NCBI GenBank assembly: GCA_934162665.1
Contig: CAKPJN010000007.1
Coordinates: forward strand, 2,479 to 66,478
DNA: 64,000 nt
Source: an uncultured Bacilli bacterium
GTDB lineage: Bacteria; Bacillota_I; Bacilli_A; RF39; UBA660
Reading direction: 5' to 3'
How positions within the stretch are numbered: the first letter of the stretch is position 1; each line of letters opens with the position of its first letter. The position numbers and the translations under genes are program-made. This document shows, in pieces, positions 51,903 to 62,758 of this stretch. A model generated the notes under the pieces. It worked only from the letters and a program-made list of their open reading frames with translations. It was not told where the DNA came from and did no database searches.

Positions 51903-52478
51903 TTAATTTTTAAGCTCATTTCTTAATATTTTTCTAATTCTACACAATCTACTATCAACAGTATTTACCGAAACATCAAGCAATTTACTTATCTCTTGAT
52001 AACTAAAGCCATTATATCTAAGTTCAAATACAGTACTATTTTTAAGAGAAAATAAATTTTTATAATAAGAAAAAATTTCTTCTGTAAAAAAATCATCTTC
52101 AATAGATATAAAAGATGGATAATTTTCCATTACTTTATCATAATCTGCCAACAATGCCTGATTTAATATCTCATTTTTATATACGCCTATACTCTTACAA
52201 AATGTCTTTATTTGTCTCTCAACACAAAGACAAGCAAATGTATAAAAAGTACAATCCATATTTTCCTTAAAAGAACTTATTGCGCCATTAAAACCAATAT
52301 ATCCTTCCTGAACTAAATCTTCAAATTCTACTCCCTTTTCTTTTGCATATAAAAAGTATTTAGAAGCAATTTTCTTAATAAGATAATAATATTTTTTAAA
52401 TAAGAAATTATTATTATCCTCATCATTTTCTCTTACCATATAGATAAGTTCATAATCATTAACATCTTTATAATTCAT
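51903..52478 (-). CDS. sigH: Sigma-H-like RNA polymerase sigma factor
   Basis: Region-2 motif DLVQEGYIGF..ISSFKEN..FYTFACLCVERQIKTF and a C-terminal region-4 HTH (SYQEISKLLDVSVNTVDSRLCRIRKIL). Position matches Bacillus sigH. Confidence 0.7.
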   Translation of the reverse strand: MNYKDVNDYELIYMVRENDEDNNNFLFKKYYYLIKKIASKYFLYAKEKGVEFEDLVQEGYIGFNGAISSFKENMDCTFYTFACLCVERQIKTFCKSIGVYKNEILNQALLADYDKVMENYPSFISIEDDFFTEEIFSYYKNLFSLKNSTVFELRYNGFSYQEISKLLDVSVNTVDSRLCRIRKILRNELKN

Positions 52479-52484
52479 AGAAAC

Positions 52485-53183
52485 CTACTTTCTATGACGT
52501 ACTACCTCATAGATCATAATTCCACTCGCAACTGATGCATTAAGACTATTTGTTTTACCATACATAGGTATTTTAGCGACAAAGTCACATGACTTTCTAA
52601 CAATCTGAGAAATTCCATTACCCTCATTTCCAATTACTAATCCAATTTTTCCTGAATAATCTATACTTCTATAATCAACACTATCTTCAAGCGCTGTTCC
52701 AACTATCCAAAAGCCATTATCTTTTAACTTATTTATTGTATTAACTAAATTAGAAACCGAAACTATCCTTACATTATCCAAAGTTCCAACACTAGTCTTC
52801 ATAACAGTTGAATTAACTTGGACTTGTCTATCTTTAGGTATAATAATCGCATCAACTGAAGCAGCTTCACAGGTTCTAATAATTGCACCTAAATTATGAG
52901 GATCCTCCAAATGATCTAAAATAACAATAAATTTAGGATCAGTTCTTAAAACTTGATCAAGATCTACATACTTGTAATCGTCAATGTATAGTAGTATACC
53001 TTGATGAAGTCCATTTGCCAAACGGTCAATTTCTTGTTTTGACTTATAAATAACATTCAAATTTGCACTTTTTATAGCTGAATTTAAATTTTTATCATCA
53101 AATCCTTCCTGCAAAATAACTTTTTGCACTTTTTTAGGATTTTTTAAAATTTCTTTCGCAACATTTCTACCATAAACTAACAT
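52485..53183 (-). CDS. rlmB: TrmH/SpoU-family 23S rRNA 2'-O-methyltransferase (RlmB/YacO-like)
   Basis: SpoU motifs (LDHLEDPHNLGAIIRT, LVIGNEGNGIS) and conserved position. Confidence 0.75.
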   Translation of the reverse strand: MLVYGRNVAKEILKNPKKVQKVILQEGFDDKNLNSAIKSANLNVIYKSKQEIDRLANGLHQGILLYIDDYKYVDLDQVLRTDPKFIVILDHLEDPHNLGAIIRTCEAASVDAIIIPKDRQVQVNSTVMKTSVGTLDNVRIVSVSNLVNTINKLKDNGFWIVGTALEDSVDYRSIDYSGKIGLVIGNEGNGISQIVRKSCDFVAKIPMYGKTNSLNASVASGIMIYEVVRHRK

Positions 53184-53187
53184 TATA

Positions 53188-53568
53188 TTACCCTAAGATA
53201 AAATTCATAATTTCATCTATTCTTTCTTTTTTATTTTCCAAATCCAAATAACCAATTAAAGCTTCAAGTCCAGTAGCTAACTTATAAGTAATAATATCAC
53301 AGTTTTTAGGATGTGACGTAGTCTTATAATTTCTAGCCCTCATAATAACAGACATCTCATCATCTGTAAAAAAAGCTACATCAATCATTTCTTGCAAAAA
53401 TTTTGCCTGACTCTTAGCGCTTACAAATTTAACAGCTGAAGATTGTAAATCATTAACATTACCAATTCCCGAATTTACTAAATATCTTCTAACATAATTT
53501 TCATAAATTGTATCTCCTAAATAAGCAAGTACCAAAGAATTAATCTCTATCGTTTTCAAATAAATCAC
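53188..53568 (-). CDS. mrnC: Mini-ribonuclease 3 (Mini-III)
   Basis: LAYLGDTIYE motif, ~126 aa, located between cysS and rlmB as in Bacillus. Confidence 0.7.
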   Translation of the reverse strand: MIYLKTIEINSLVLAYLGDTIYENYVRRYLVNSGIGNVNDLQSSAVKFVSAKSQAKFLQEMIDVAFFTDDEMSVIMRARNYKTTSHPKNCDIITYKLATGLEALIGYLDLENKKERIDEIMNFILG

Positions 53569-53592
53569 CCCTACTAAAAAAGGACAAAAGCC

Positions 53593-54999
53593 CTAAATCA
53601 ATTCATATGTTGTTCCATCTCTAGTATCAATAAGCTTAATACCTTTTGCCAAAAGTTCATCCCTAATACTATCCGCAACAGCAAAATCTTTATTTTCCTT
53701 AGCTATTTTTCTTTCATTAATTTTAGTTAAAATTTCAGACTCTAATTCCTTAGATATATTAACATCTTCACAAACAGTTAAGTCTAAAGATAACACTTCA
53801 TCAAACTTCCCTATTATTTTAAACTTAGTCCCATCTGTTAATTCATCATCTTTTAACACATCATATACTAATGTAATCATATTAGAAGTATTTAAGTCAT
53901 CTTCTATTTCTTTTTTAAATTTATTAATATACTTATCATATTTCTCTAAATCAACACTATCCTGTTTTAATCTAGAAACTTTATTTTTTAACTTCATATA
54001 AGCATTTTGAGCTCCATCTAAAATATCATAACTAAATGTTAATTGACTATGATAATAAGAATTTAAACATAAATAACGATAACTTAAAGGATTATAGCCT
54101 TTTTCTTCAAGTAACGAAACCGTTAAAAATTCACCCTTAGATTTACTCATTTTACCACTTTCATCATTTAGAAAACCAAAATGTAACCAATAATTACACC
54201 ATTTATGTCCAAGATATGCTTCACTTTGCGCAATCTCATTTGTATGATGTGGAAAAATAGCATCCTCTGCTCCACAATGAATATCAAGATACTCACCTAA
54301 ATTCTTTATAGAAATTCCCGAACACTCTATATGCCAACCAGGATAGCCTCTTCCCCAAGGAGAATCCCATTGTAACTCTTGATTATTAAACTTCGAATTA
54401 GTAAACCATAACCCAAAATCAAAAGGATTATGTTTAGCGGTATCTTCTTTTATATCATCACGTACCGCTACCATCAAATCATCACTATTACGGCCAGATA
54501 ATTCATAATAATTTTTAAACTTTGATGTATCAAAATAAACATTACCATCTGAAATATAAGCCTGTTCATTATCTAACATCTTAGATATCATCTTTATATA
54601 TATATCAACATTATCAGTAGCTTTTGATACAATATCTGGCTTTCTAATATTTAATTTGCGACAATCATCAAAAAAACAATCTGTATAATATTTAGCTATT
54701 TCAATAGATGTCTTATTCTCTCTCTTAGCCGCTACAAGCATCTTATCTTCTCCAGAGTCTCCATCACCAACCATATGACCAACATCCGTAATATTCATTG
54801 CTCTTAAAACATCATAACCTAAAAACTTAAGTCCTTTTTCCAAAACATCTTCAGAAATATAAGTACGCAAATTACCAATATGTGCAAAATGATATACAGT
54901 AGGTCCACAAGTATACATTTTAACTTTTCCTGAAACATTAGGAATAAACTCCTCAACTTTTTTTGTTAATGTATTATATAATTTCATATTATCACCCAT
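53593..54999 (-). CDS. cysS: Cysteine--tRNA ligase
   Basis: HIGN and KMSKS motifs. The likely start is the internal Met (MKLYNTLTKK). Confidence 0.9.
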   Translation of the reverse strand: MGDNMKLYNTLTKKVEEFIPNVSGKVKMYTCGPTVYHFAHIGNLRTYISEDVLEKGLKFLGYDVLRAMNITDVGHMVGDGDSGEDKMLVAAKRENKTSIEIAKYYTDCFFDDCRKLNIRKPDIVSKATDNVDIYIKMISKMLDNEQAYISDGNVYFDTSKFKNYYELSGRNSDDLMVAVRDDIKEDTAKHNPFDFGLWFTNSKFNNQELQWDSPWGRGYPGWHIECSGISIKNLGEYLDIHCGAEDAIFPHHTNEIAQSEAYLGHKWCNYWLHFGFLNDESGKMSKSKGEFLTVSLLEEKGYNPLSYRYLCLNSYYHSQLTFSYDILDGAQNAYMKLKNKVSRLKQDSVDLEKYDKYINKFKKEIEDDLNTSNMITLVYDVLKDDELTDGTKFKIIGKFDEVLSLDLTVCEDVNISKELESEILTKINERKIAKENKDFAVADSIRDELLAKGIKLIDTRDGTTYELI

Positions 55000-55069
55000 T
55001 CATCTATAAGTTATTATATCAAGAAAATATAATAAAATCTATAAAATAATAGAAACAAAAAGAGTACTA

Positions 55070-57316
55070 TTATTTAGTAATAAGTACCCTATTTTTAATT
55101 TCTTTTTCTATAACTTTATCCACACGTCTCGCCCCAAATTTTTTATATTCACACAAATTTTTTATTTTATCCACAAAATCTGGGGATAAAAGTTTTTTAT
55201 CATTAAACTTAGTAACGTATTTTTCTAGTTTATTTTTTATAATCTTTTCAATCACCTTAGAAGAAATACTATCAAACATAATTACCTCATCAATCCTATT
55301 AATAAACTCTATATCTAAAAAATCATTTATCTTATCTAAAATAACCTGTTTTTTATTATCAATAAAGCCTATACTCTTAGAATCACACCCTAAATTAGAT
55401 GTCATAAAAATAATCGTATTACTAAAATCAATTTGTTCTCCATAAGAATTAGTCATATATCCATCATCAAGAACCTGTAAAAAAAGTTTCAAAACACTAC
55501 GATCAGCTTTTTCTATTTCATCAAGTAAAATAATAGAATAAGGATTATACTTAATTCTATCTAACACAGAATTTTTATCGTCATAACCAACATAACCTGG
55601 AGGAGAGCCTATTATCTTACTAATAGAATGACTCTCTTTATATTCGCTCATATCTATTCTAATTAAAGATTCTTTACTATATAATAATTTAGCATATTCT
55701 TTAACGAATAAAGTTTTACCAATCCCAGTACTACCAACAATCAAAAATGATGAAGGTATTTTTCTATCAAAAATCTGCCTATTAGAAATAACATCTATAA
55801 TTTTCTTTATCTCATCATCCTGGCCCAAAATCTTACTTTTCAATTTATTATATATCTGAGTAGTATTCATATTATCAATATCATAAACCGGAATCTTTGT
55901 TCTAGCATAAATAATATCATATAATATTTTTAATGTAATATTCTTAGCATGCGACACTCTAGCATTTTTAATATCTAATCTATTTATTTTATTAGTTAAC
56001 TCCAATTCTTCGTTTTTAAGGAGTGAAGCCCTCTTATAATCTTGATTAATTATACACTCATTTTTTTCATTCGATAACTTATGCAACTTAGCCTTCATAG
56101 TCTTAATCTTCTTATCATAATCGTTATCTATTAAGCTAGTTTTACAACAAGCTTCATCTAAAATATCAATGGCTTTATCTGGTTGTCTATTATTAGGCAT
56201 ATATCTATCAGTTAAATCAACAATAGATTTTAATATCTCATCACTAATCTTAACCCCATGAAATTCTTCATATATATTTCTAATCTTAAATAGTATATTC
56301 AAAGTATCAACACTATTAGGTTCCTCAATAAATACTTTTTGAAATCTTCTATCAAGAGCTTTATCCTGTTCAAAAAATTTAGAATATTCGGCTTTTGTAG
56401 TTGCCCCTATAATCTTTATTTTTCCACGAGCTAAATAAGGCTTTAAAATATTAGAAGCATCTATTGCCCCCTCTGCACCACCAGCACCTACTAAAGTATG
56501 AATTTCATCAATAAAAAGTATTATCTCATCATGACTTTCTAACTCACTAATAATATGGTTAATTCTCTCCTCAAATTCACCACGATACTTAGTACCCGCA
56601 ACTAATGAAGCAGTAGATACACCTAAAATTCTTTTATTTAATAATTGATCGGGAACCTCACCATTTACTATTCTTGTTGATAATTCCTCTATAATAGCCG
56701 TTTTACCAACGCCAGCATCTCCTATCAATAATGGATTATTTTTAGTACGCCTTAATAATATCTCAATAACACGATTAATTTTCTCATCTCTACCGATTAC
56801 CGGATCAAATTCACCATTTAAACTTTTCTCATTAAAATCAACCGCAAAATCGTCTATTAATAATTTAGTATGAACATTTGCTTTTTTATAAATAAATCTA
56901 TCAGTAAATTTTTCATATAAAGCATCTATATCAATATCCATACCCATTAAAGTTCTAATCGCAACACCATCGCCTTCTTCTAAAAGAGAAATAAATACTC
57001 GCTCAATAGTAACCTCTTTAATATTTTCTTCCTTGCATTCTAAAATTGCATTCTCTAAAACTCTTTTAAGTAATGGTGTATACAAAAACCAATTATTAGA
57101 AATATTACCCTTCCCTATAACCTTAATTATTTCATCTCTATAGTTATTATAATTAATATTATACTCATTTAATATTTTAGTAACAGTTAAATTATCATTA
57201 TGAAGAATTGAAAGCAATAGATGTTCACTACCAACATAAGGGTGTTTTAACATTGCCATTTCTTTCTTTGCCATAATTAGTACTTTTTGTGTTTCTTCAC
57301 TAAATTTTGAAAACAT
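55070..57316 (-). CDS. clpC: ATP-dependent Clp protease ATP-binding subunit ClpC-like (two AAA+ modules)
   Basis: Clp-N repeats. Walker A GDAGVGKTA and GSTGIGKT. Confidence 0.8.
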   Translation of the reverse strand: MFSKFSEETQKVLIMAKKEMAMLKHPYVGSEHLLLSILHNDNLTVTKILNEYNINYNNYRDEIIKVIGKGNISNNWFLYTPLLKRVLENAILECKEENIKEVTIERVFISLLEEGDGVAIRTLMGMDIDIDALYEKFTDRFIYKKANVHTKLLIDDFAVDFNEKSLNGEFDPVIGRDEKINRVIEILLRRTKNNPLLIGDAGVGKTAIIEELSTRIVNGEVPDQLLNKRILGVSTASLVAGTKYRGEFEERINHIISELESHDEIILFIDEIHTLVGAGGAEGAIDASNILKPYLARGKIKIIGATTKAEYSKFFEQDKALDRRFQKVFIEEPNSVDTLNILFKIRNIYEEFHGVKISDEILKSIVDLTDRYMPNNRQPDKAIDILDEACCKTSLIDNDYDKKIKTMKAKLHKLSNEKNECIINQDYKRASLLKNEELELTNKINRLDIKNARVSHAKNITLKILYDIIYARTKIPVYDIDNMNTTQIYNKLKSKILGQDDEIKKIIDVISNRQIFDRKIPSSFLIVGSTGIGKTLFVKEYAKLLYSKESLIRIDMSEYKESHSISKIIGSPPGYVGYDDKNSVLDRIKYNPYSIILLDEIEKADRSVLKLFLQVLDDGYMTNSYGEQIDFSNTIIFMTSNLGCDSKSIGFIDNKKQVILDKINDFLDIEFINRIDEVIMFDSISSKVIEKIIKNKLEKYVTKFNDKKLLSPDFVDKIKNLCEYKKFGARRVDKVIEKEIKNRVLITK

Positions 57317-57438
57317 TAAAATCTCATCTCCCTACAATAATATTCTATGTTTAGTTTATGATATAAAGCAATAAAATATGTTCCCAAAATACTGACAAAA
57401 AAAGCAAAAAAAGAAGCATAAGTATGCTTCCTTAATAT

Positions 57439-58986
57439 CTAAATTAAAACTAATATAATGAATATAATAGCTAAAACAACTACTAATTCAAGTAATAATT
57501 TCCAAATAGATTTTACCCAATCTTTATAAGGAATATCTAAATAAGATAATACTCCCATTAATATCATACTAGTTGGAGCAATTAACATAGTTGCACCATA
57601 TAGTGATTGGAACATAACTCCAATAACAGAATAAACTGTTGAATCAGTAACAACACTAGCTAAATAAGGTAGAGAACTGTTAAATGCATAAGCAGGATCT
57701 ACATTAAAGAAACTAGCTAAGATTGCTACAAGACTTGAAGTTAATACATTAAATCCTTTAGTAATTCCTAATATAGCTTTATAAATAACTAATTGGAATG
57801 GATGATATGTAACAATAACTAAACAAGTATATAGTAATAATACTATAATAGCTGGTTTTATTGCTTTCTTTGCACCATCTTTGATTCCATCAATCATATC
57901 ATCAAAACTAACTTTATAAATTAGTGATAATAATAACATTGCAATCATTAATACAACTGACATTTCAGCTACTGTCCAGTTACCAAAATCTTTTACAGTT
58001 CCAAGTATTTTTCCAAATAACTCAAAACCAAATAATTTAAATTCAGTAACAGAAGCAGTTACATCAGTAAATACAGTATTATTAAATGCACCAGTCCAAG
58101 ATATAAATGCAAGAACTAATACTACAAATATCATTCCTAAAATTATAGTTAAAGGAACTATACTATGTTTCTTGCCCTTTACTTCATTAGGAACAAATTC
58201 ATCTAATTCATCCTTAACAGCAACAACAATTTTTTCTTCTGACTTTGCTGCAGCTTTAACAGAAGATTTAGCAGCTGTTTTTGTTGTCTTAGTAGTCTTT
58301 GTTGTTTTACTAGTTTTAGTTTTAGAAGTTTTTTCTTCTTTAGCAACTTCAACTTTCTTTGTTGATTTTTTCTTACTATCTAATTTTTTAATATATAATA
58401 GTGTATTAAAAATAAGTAAGATTAAACCTATTACTAAAATAACTATCTTAGTAATAATTTCTGAATCAATCTTTAATGATAAAACTCCCATAATAAGACT
58501 AGTATTTCCATAACCATAAGTTGAACCAGCCATACCAATCATAGTTGAACCAACAACTGTAAGTGCAGCAACCATCTTATCATATCCCATAAGTAAAATT
58601 AAAGAAATTACCATAGGGAAAAATACTATTAGGCCTACTTGTAATCCACATACAGATGTTAATACAGCGAATAATACCATAATAACTGAAATTACTATTT
58701 TTTCTTTACCTTTAAAACATTTAACCATCTTATCAAGTAAGCTACGATAAGCTCCTATTTTATTTAAAACACCATAGAAAGCACCAACTACTAATACAAA
58801 TATAGCTAAATATCCAAAGTAAGATAAAACAGTTGATGGATAACTAAATAAATCAAATAGTCCCATTTGAATGCGTCCTTGATCAACATATCCACCTGAA
58901 TAATATGCAGCAGGTAATATCCAAGTTAGTAATAATAATACTAAAATTATTATAAGAACGACTTTTAATGTATTATGTTTTTTCAT
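57439..58986 (-). CDS. Polytopic membrane transporter (YfcC/DcuC-superfamily-like) with K/T-rich cytoplasmic insert
   Basis: About 12 TM segments. The central low-complexity insert KKSTKKVEVAKEEKTSKTKTSKTTKTTKTTKTAAKSSVKAAAKSEE is in frame. Confidence 0.4.
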   Translation of the reverse strand: MKKHNTLKVVLIIILVLLLLTWILPAAYYSGGYVDQGRIQMGLFDLFSYPSTVLSYFGYLAIFVLVVGAFYGVLNKIGAYRSLLDKMVKCFKGKEKIVISVIMVLFAVLTSVCGLQVGLIVFFPMVISLILLMGYDKMVAALTVVGSTMIGMAGSTYGYGNTSLIMGVLSLKIDSEIITKIVILVIGLILLIFNTLLYIKKLDSKKKSTKKVEVAKEEKTSKTKTSKTTKTTKTTKTAAKSSVKAAAKSEEKIVVAVKDELDEFVPNEVKGKKHSIVPLTIILGMIFVVLVLAFISWTGAFNNTVFTDVTASVTEFKLFGFELFGKILGTVKDFGNWTVAEMSVVLMIAMLLLSLIYKVSFDDMIDGIKDGAKKAIKPAIIVLLLYTCLVIVTYHPFQLVIYKAILGITKGFNVLTSSLVAILASFFNVDPAYAFNSSLPYLASVVTDSTVYSVIGVMFQSLYGATMLIAPTSMILMGVLSYLDIPYKDWVKSIWKLLLELVVVLAIIFIILVLI

Positions 58987-59088
58987 AATTAACCTCCCAT
59001 TATCATTATACTACATTAACCATATTTTACAAGCTTTTGAATATGTTTTTTATGAAATTATTGGAAAAAAAAAGAGTAAATAATCACT

Positions 59089-60576
59089 CTAATTTTCATT
59101 ATCAGATGTATCTAGTGGCTTCATTAAAGGAAACATTACTACATCTTTTATATTACAACTATTAGTAAGAAGCTGAACCATTCTATCAATACCCATTCCC
59201 CAACCAGAAATAGGAGGCATACCATATTCCATAGCCGAAATATAATCATAATCCATATCCATAGCCTCTAAATCTCCAGCCTCCTTTAATTTTGCCTGAT
59301 CTAAAAGCTTTTCTTCTTGCTCTACTGGATTAACAAGTTCTGAATATCCATTAACAATTTCTGCACCATTAACTACTAACTGAAAACGATCTGATATTTC
59401 AGGATTTAAATCATTAGTACGAGCTAAAGGAGATAAACTAACAGGATGTTCTGTTAAATAAATAGGTCCAACCAAAAATGGTCTAGCAACTTTCTTATAT
59501 AAAACATCTACTAAGTTTCCAAATCCTAAATCTTCAATAGGTGTTTCACTCTCTAATTCAATTTTATCTTCTTTAATTTTAGCAAGTAATAACTCTTTAG
59601 TATTATACTCATTAATATCAATATTTGCATATTTAACAATCAAATCTCTAAATGATACAATAGGCCATTCACCGCTCATATCAACTTCCCTATCATCTAT
59701 ATTAACTTTAAGAGTACCAAAAATATTTTGAATAATTGTTTGTAACATATTTTGAATTAATTTCATATTATCTTTATAATTATAATATGCATGATAACAT
59801 TCAATCATAGTAAAGTCTTGTAAATGAGTTTGATCAATTCCTTCATTTCTAAAACATCTACCAACTTCATATACCTTAGGAATACCAGCCACTACTGCTC
59901 TTTTCATATAAGTTTCAGGAGCAATTCGTAAATAAACATCCATATCTAAAGCATTATGATGAGACTTAAATGGTCTTGCAGATGCCCCACTTGCTTTATT
60001 ATTTAAAATAGGAGTTTCTATTTCAATATAACCTAAATTATCTAAATAATTTCTTAATTCTTTAATAAATTTAAATCTAATAAGAAATCTATCACGAGTT
60101 TCTTGATTCATAATTAAATCAACATATCTTTGTCTATAACAAGCTTCTTGATCAGTCAATCCATGAAATTTTTCTGGTAATGGTTTTAAAGCTTTTCCTA
60201 AAAATTCAAAATTATCAACTCTAATTGTTTTTTCACCGGTATGAGTAGTAAATACTTCTCCACTTGCACCAATAAAATCTCCAATATCAAAATTATCTTT
60301 AAAGAATTTATAGTTTTCTTCACCAACCATATCAATTTTAATAGATAATTGAATTTTTCCCTTTATATCTCTAATAGTAAGAAAACTCATCTTACCCATT
60401 TTTCTCATAAATACTATTCTACCAGCTACTCTAACATCAGTTGTACCATCTTCTAAGTCTTTAACAGCATCTATTTCATAATTTACATCATATCTATCAG
60501 GATATGGATTACATACTTCTCTAATTTTTTCTACTTTTTCTCTACGAACTAATTCTTGTTCACTAAAATTTCTCAT
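59089..60576 (-). CDS. lysS: Lysine--tRNA ligase (class II)
   Basis: Canonical LysRS N-terminal OB and class II motifs. Confidence 0.9.
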   Translation of the reverse strand: MRNFSEQELVRREKVEKIREVCNPYPDRYDVNYEIDAVKDLEDGTTDVRVAGRIVFMRKMGKMSFLTIRDIKGKIQLSIKIDMVGEENYKFFKDNFDIGDFIGASGEVFTTHTGEKTIRVDNFEFLGKALKPLPEKFHGLTDQEACYRQRYVDLIMNQETRDRFLIRFKFIKELRNYLDNLGYIEIETPILNNKASGASARPFKSHHNALDMDVYLRIAPETYMKRAVVAGIPKVYEVGRCFRNEGIDQTHLQDFTMIECYHAYYNYKDNMKLIQNMLQTIIQNIFGTLKVNIDDREVDMSGEWPIVSFRDLIVKYANIDINEYNTKELLLAKIKEDKIELESETPIEDLGFGNLVDVLYKKVARPFLVGPIYLTEHPVSLSPLARTNDLNPEISDRFQLVVNGAEIVNGYSELVNPVEQEEKLLDQAKLKEAGDLEAMDMDYDYISAMEYGMPPISGWGMGIDRMVQLLTNSCNIKDVVMFPLMKPLDTSDNEN

Positions 60577-60586
60577 ACTAACACTC

Positions 60587-61189
60587 CTAATCTACATTAA
60601 CTACTCTTGTGTGAGATAATCTATCATGAATACCTCTACATTCTCTACCACATAAAATCATAAATATTGAAACAATAATTACCAAATATTGAAATCCCAT
60701 AAATATTGAAGTTGCATAAAAATAAACATCTTTACTTGCGAAAATAGTAAATGCTAAAACAAGCATATCTACTAAAATAAAATTAACAATTAATGAACGT
60801 ATAATAAGATTATTCATAGTCAAATCTGATGAATCATTTGTAACAACCCTAATCTTCATTAATTTTTTACCTAAAGTTTGACCATTATTATAAAGCTGAT
60901 AAACAACAAAATATAAAATTAACATAATTACTTCTATAATAGTAGCTATTCCATTAGCTCTTGATATTTCATAACTAATATCTGCACTTTGATTTAAAAA
61001 TGTTTTTAAATCAATTTTTCCAGCTATATATTGATCAGCAACTTTATTACTTTCTACTGATAATTTTTCTATAGACGAAGTCTTTACAAATGGAGTAGAT
61101 AATAAACCAGAAACTATTCCGACAATCATCATATCAATAATAAAAGCTATTACTCTCTGAAAACAATATGCACTTTCTTTCTTTTCCAT
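60587..61189 (-). CDS. RDD-family membrane protein
   Basis: N-terminal RVIAFIIDMMIV and C-terminal GIHDRLSHTRVV motifs; 3-4 TM segments. Confidence 0.5.
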   Translation of the reverse strand: MEKKESAYCFQRVIAFIIDMMIVGIVSGLLSTPFVKTSSIEKLSVESNKVADQYIAGKIDLKTFLNQSADISYEISRANGIATIIEVIMLILYFVVYQLYNNGQTLGKKLMKIRVVTNDSSDLTMNNLIIRSLIVNFILVDMLVLAFTIFASKDVYFYATSIFMGFQYLVIIVSIFMILCGRECRGIHDRLSHTRVVNVD

Positions 61190-62164
61190 TTAATTTTCCT
61201 CCCTAAATTTCTCTAATATCATGATTATATCATGAATATTATTAGTTTGATATACTTTATTTTTAATTTCACTTGCCCCTTTAACTGATTTTAAGTACCA
61301 ACCTATATGATTTCTTATTTCAAGCGAAGCTAACTTCTCATCTTTAATATCTCTTAAATATTCTAAATGTTTTAAGCACATATCAATTTTAAGAGTAAGA
61401 GAAATATCATTATTATAAAAACCTTTCTCTAAATAATCAATAGTATTTTTTATTAACCAAGGATTTCCCAAAACACCTCTACCAATCATTACCGCATCAC
61501 ACCCAGTTTCATCAAGCATTCTTTTAGCATCCTCAGGACTCTTAATATCACCATTACCTATAACTGGTATATTAACACTCTCTTTAACTTTTTTTATTAT
61601 ACTCCAATCAGCTTTTCCACTATATCCCTGATTTCTTGTCCTAGGATGAATACATATAGCACTAGCACCAGCTTTTTCAATAACTTTAGCTATCTCTACT
61701 GCATTAATATTATTACTATCCCAGCCACTACGAATTTTAACTGTAACAGGTATATTAACCGCTTCCTTAACCGCTTTCACAATCTCATATACTTTATCAG
61801 GTGACTTTAATAGTGCTGAACCTGCCTGAGCTCTAACTGCAACTTTTGGTACAGGACATCCCATATTAATATCAATAATATCTGGTTTCATTTCTTGTTC
61901 TATATATTTAGCCGCAGTAACAAAAGAATCTTTATCACTTCCAAAAATTTGTTGTGAAATAGGCCTTTCAAAATCAGTCATATAAAGCATATCGATAGTC
62001 TTTTCATTTTGATAAGTAATTGCCTTATCACTAACCATTTCAGCATAAATTAATCCACAACCCATTTCTTTACAAATACGTCTAAATGCTGAATTACAAA
62101 TACCAGCCATTGGCGCTAAAACAACTTGATTTTTAATTTTAACATTTCCAATTTTCCACTCCAT
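61190..62164 (-). CDS. dusB: tRNA-dihydrouridine synthase
   Basis: [16 protein letters not shown] Dus N-terminal motif and TIM-barrel pattern, next to lysS as in Bacillus. Confidence 0.85.
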   Translation of the reverse strand: MEWKIGNVKIKNQVVLAPMAGICNSAFRRICKEMGCGLIYAEMVSDKAITYQNEKTIDMLYMTDFERPISQQIFGSDKDSFVTAAKYIEQEMKPDIIDINMGCPVPKVAVRAQAGSALLKSPDKVYEIVKAVKEAVNIPVTVKIRSGWDSNNINAVEIAKVIEKAGASAICIHPRTRNQGYSGKADWSIIKKVKESVNIPVIGNGDIKSPEDAKRMLDETGCDAVMIGRGVLGNPWLIKNTIDYLEKGFYNNDISLTLKIDMCLKHLEYLRDIKDEKLASLEIRNHIGWYLKSVKGASEIKNKVYQTNNIHDIIMILEKFREEN

Positions 62165-62264
62165 AATCTCTCCCCTTAATAAAGCAATGATAGTATACTA
62201 TAAAATAAACTTTTTTTCAAACTAAAAGAATTAATCAACATTAATTCCTCTTTTATATCTATTT

Positions 62265-62693
62265 CTATTTACTCTTTTTCTTTTTTAATAAATCCCTTAT
62301 TTCTTCTAAAAGTAATACCTCATCACTCTTTTTAGGCTTTTCCTTTTTAGGTTCTTCTTTCTTTTTAAATTTCTCTAACACTTTAATCATCATAAATATT
62401 GAACAAGAAATTATTAAAAAGTCAATAATAGTTTGAATGAACAGACCATACTTTACAACAGCATCTCCAACCTTTATACTCAAATTACTAAAATTCAAAC
62501 CACCTAACAACACTCCAATAACAGGCATTAAAATATCATTAACTAAACTAGATACAATCTTACCAAAAGCACCACCTATAATAACACCTACTGCCATATC
62601 AACAACATTTCCACGAGAAATAAAGGCTTTAAATTGTGACACTTCATTAGTTAATTTATTTAACTGTTTATTTGCTTTTTTATCTTTACTCAT
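62265..62693 (-). CDS. mscL: Large-conductance mechanosensitive channel MscL (with ~20-aa N-terminal extension)
   Basis: [37 protein letters not shown] is the MscL core. Confidence 0.75.
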   Translation of the reverse strand: MSKDKKANKQLNKLTNEVSQFKAFISRGNVVDMAVGVIIGGAFGKIVSSLVNDILMPVIGVLLGGLNFSNLSIKVGDAVVKYGLFIQTIIDFLIISCSIFMMIKVLEKFKKKEEPKKEKPKKSDEVLLLEEIRDLLKKKKSK

Positions 62694-62758
62694 AAGTACC
62701 TCCTGATAAATATTATAATGATTATCAAATATTTTTCAAAAAAAAAGAGCTATCTCTT

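Noticed and set aside
55000-55069. T-box leader upstream of cysS (and lysS)
   Set aside because: Only ~70 nt precede cysS and ~10 nt precede lysS. That is too short for a T-box riboswitch, and no specifier or antiterminator pattern was seen.
58250-58340. K/T-codon tandem repeat as an intergenic microsatellite or contingency switch
   Set aside because: It lies in frame within a continuous 515-aa transporter ORF. Interpreted as a low-complexity coding linker.
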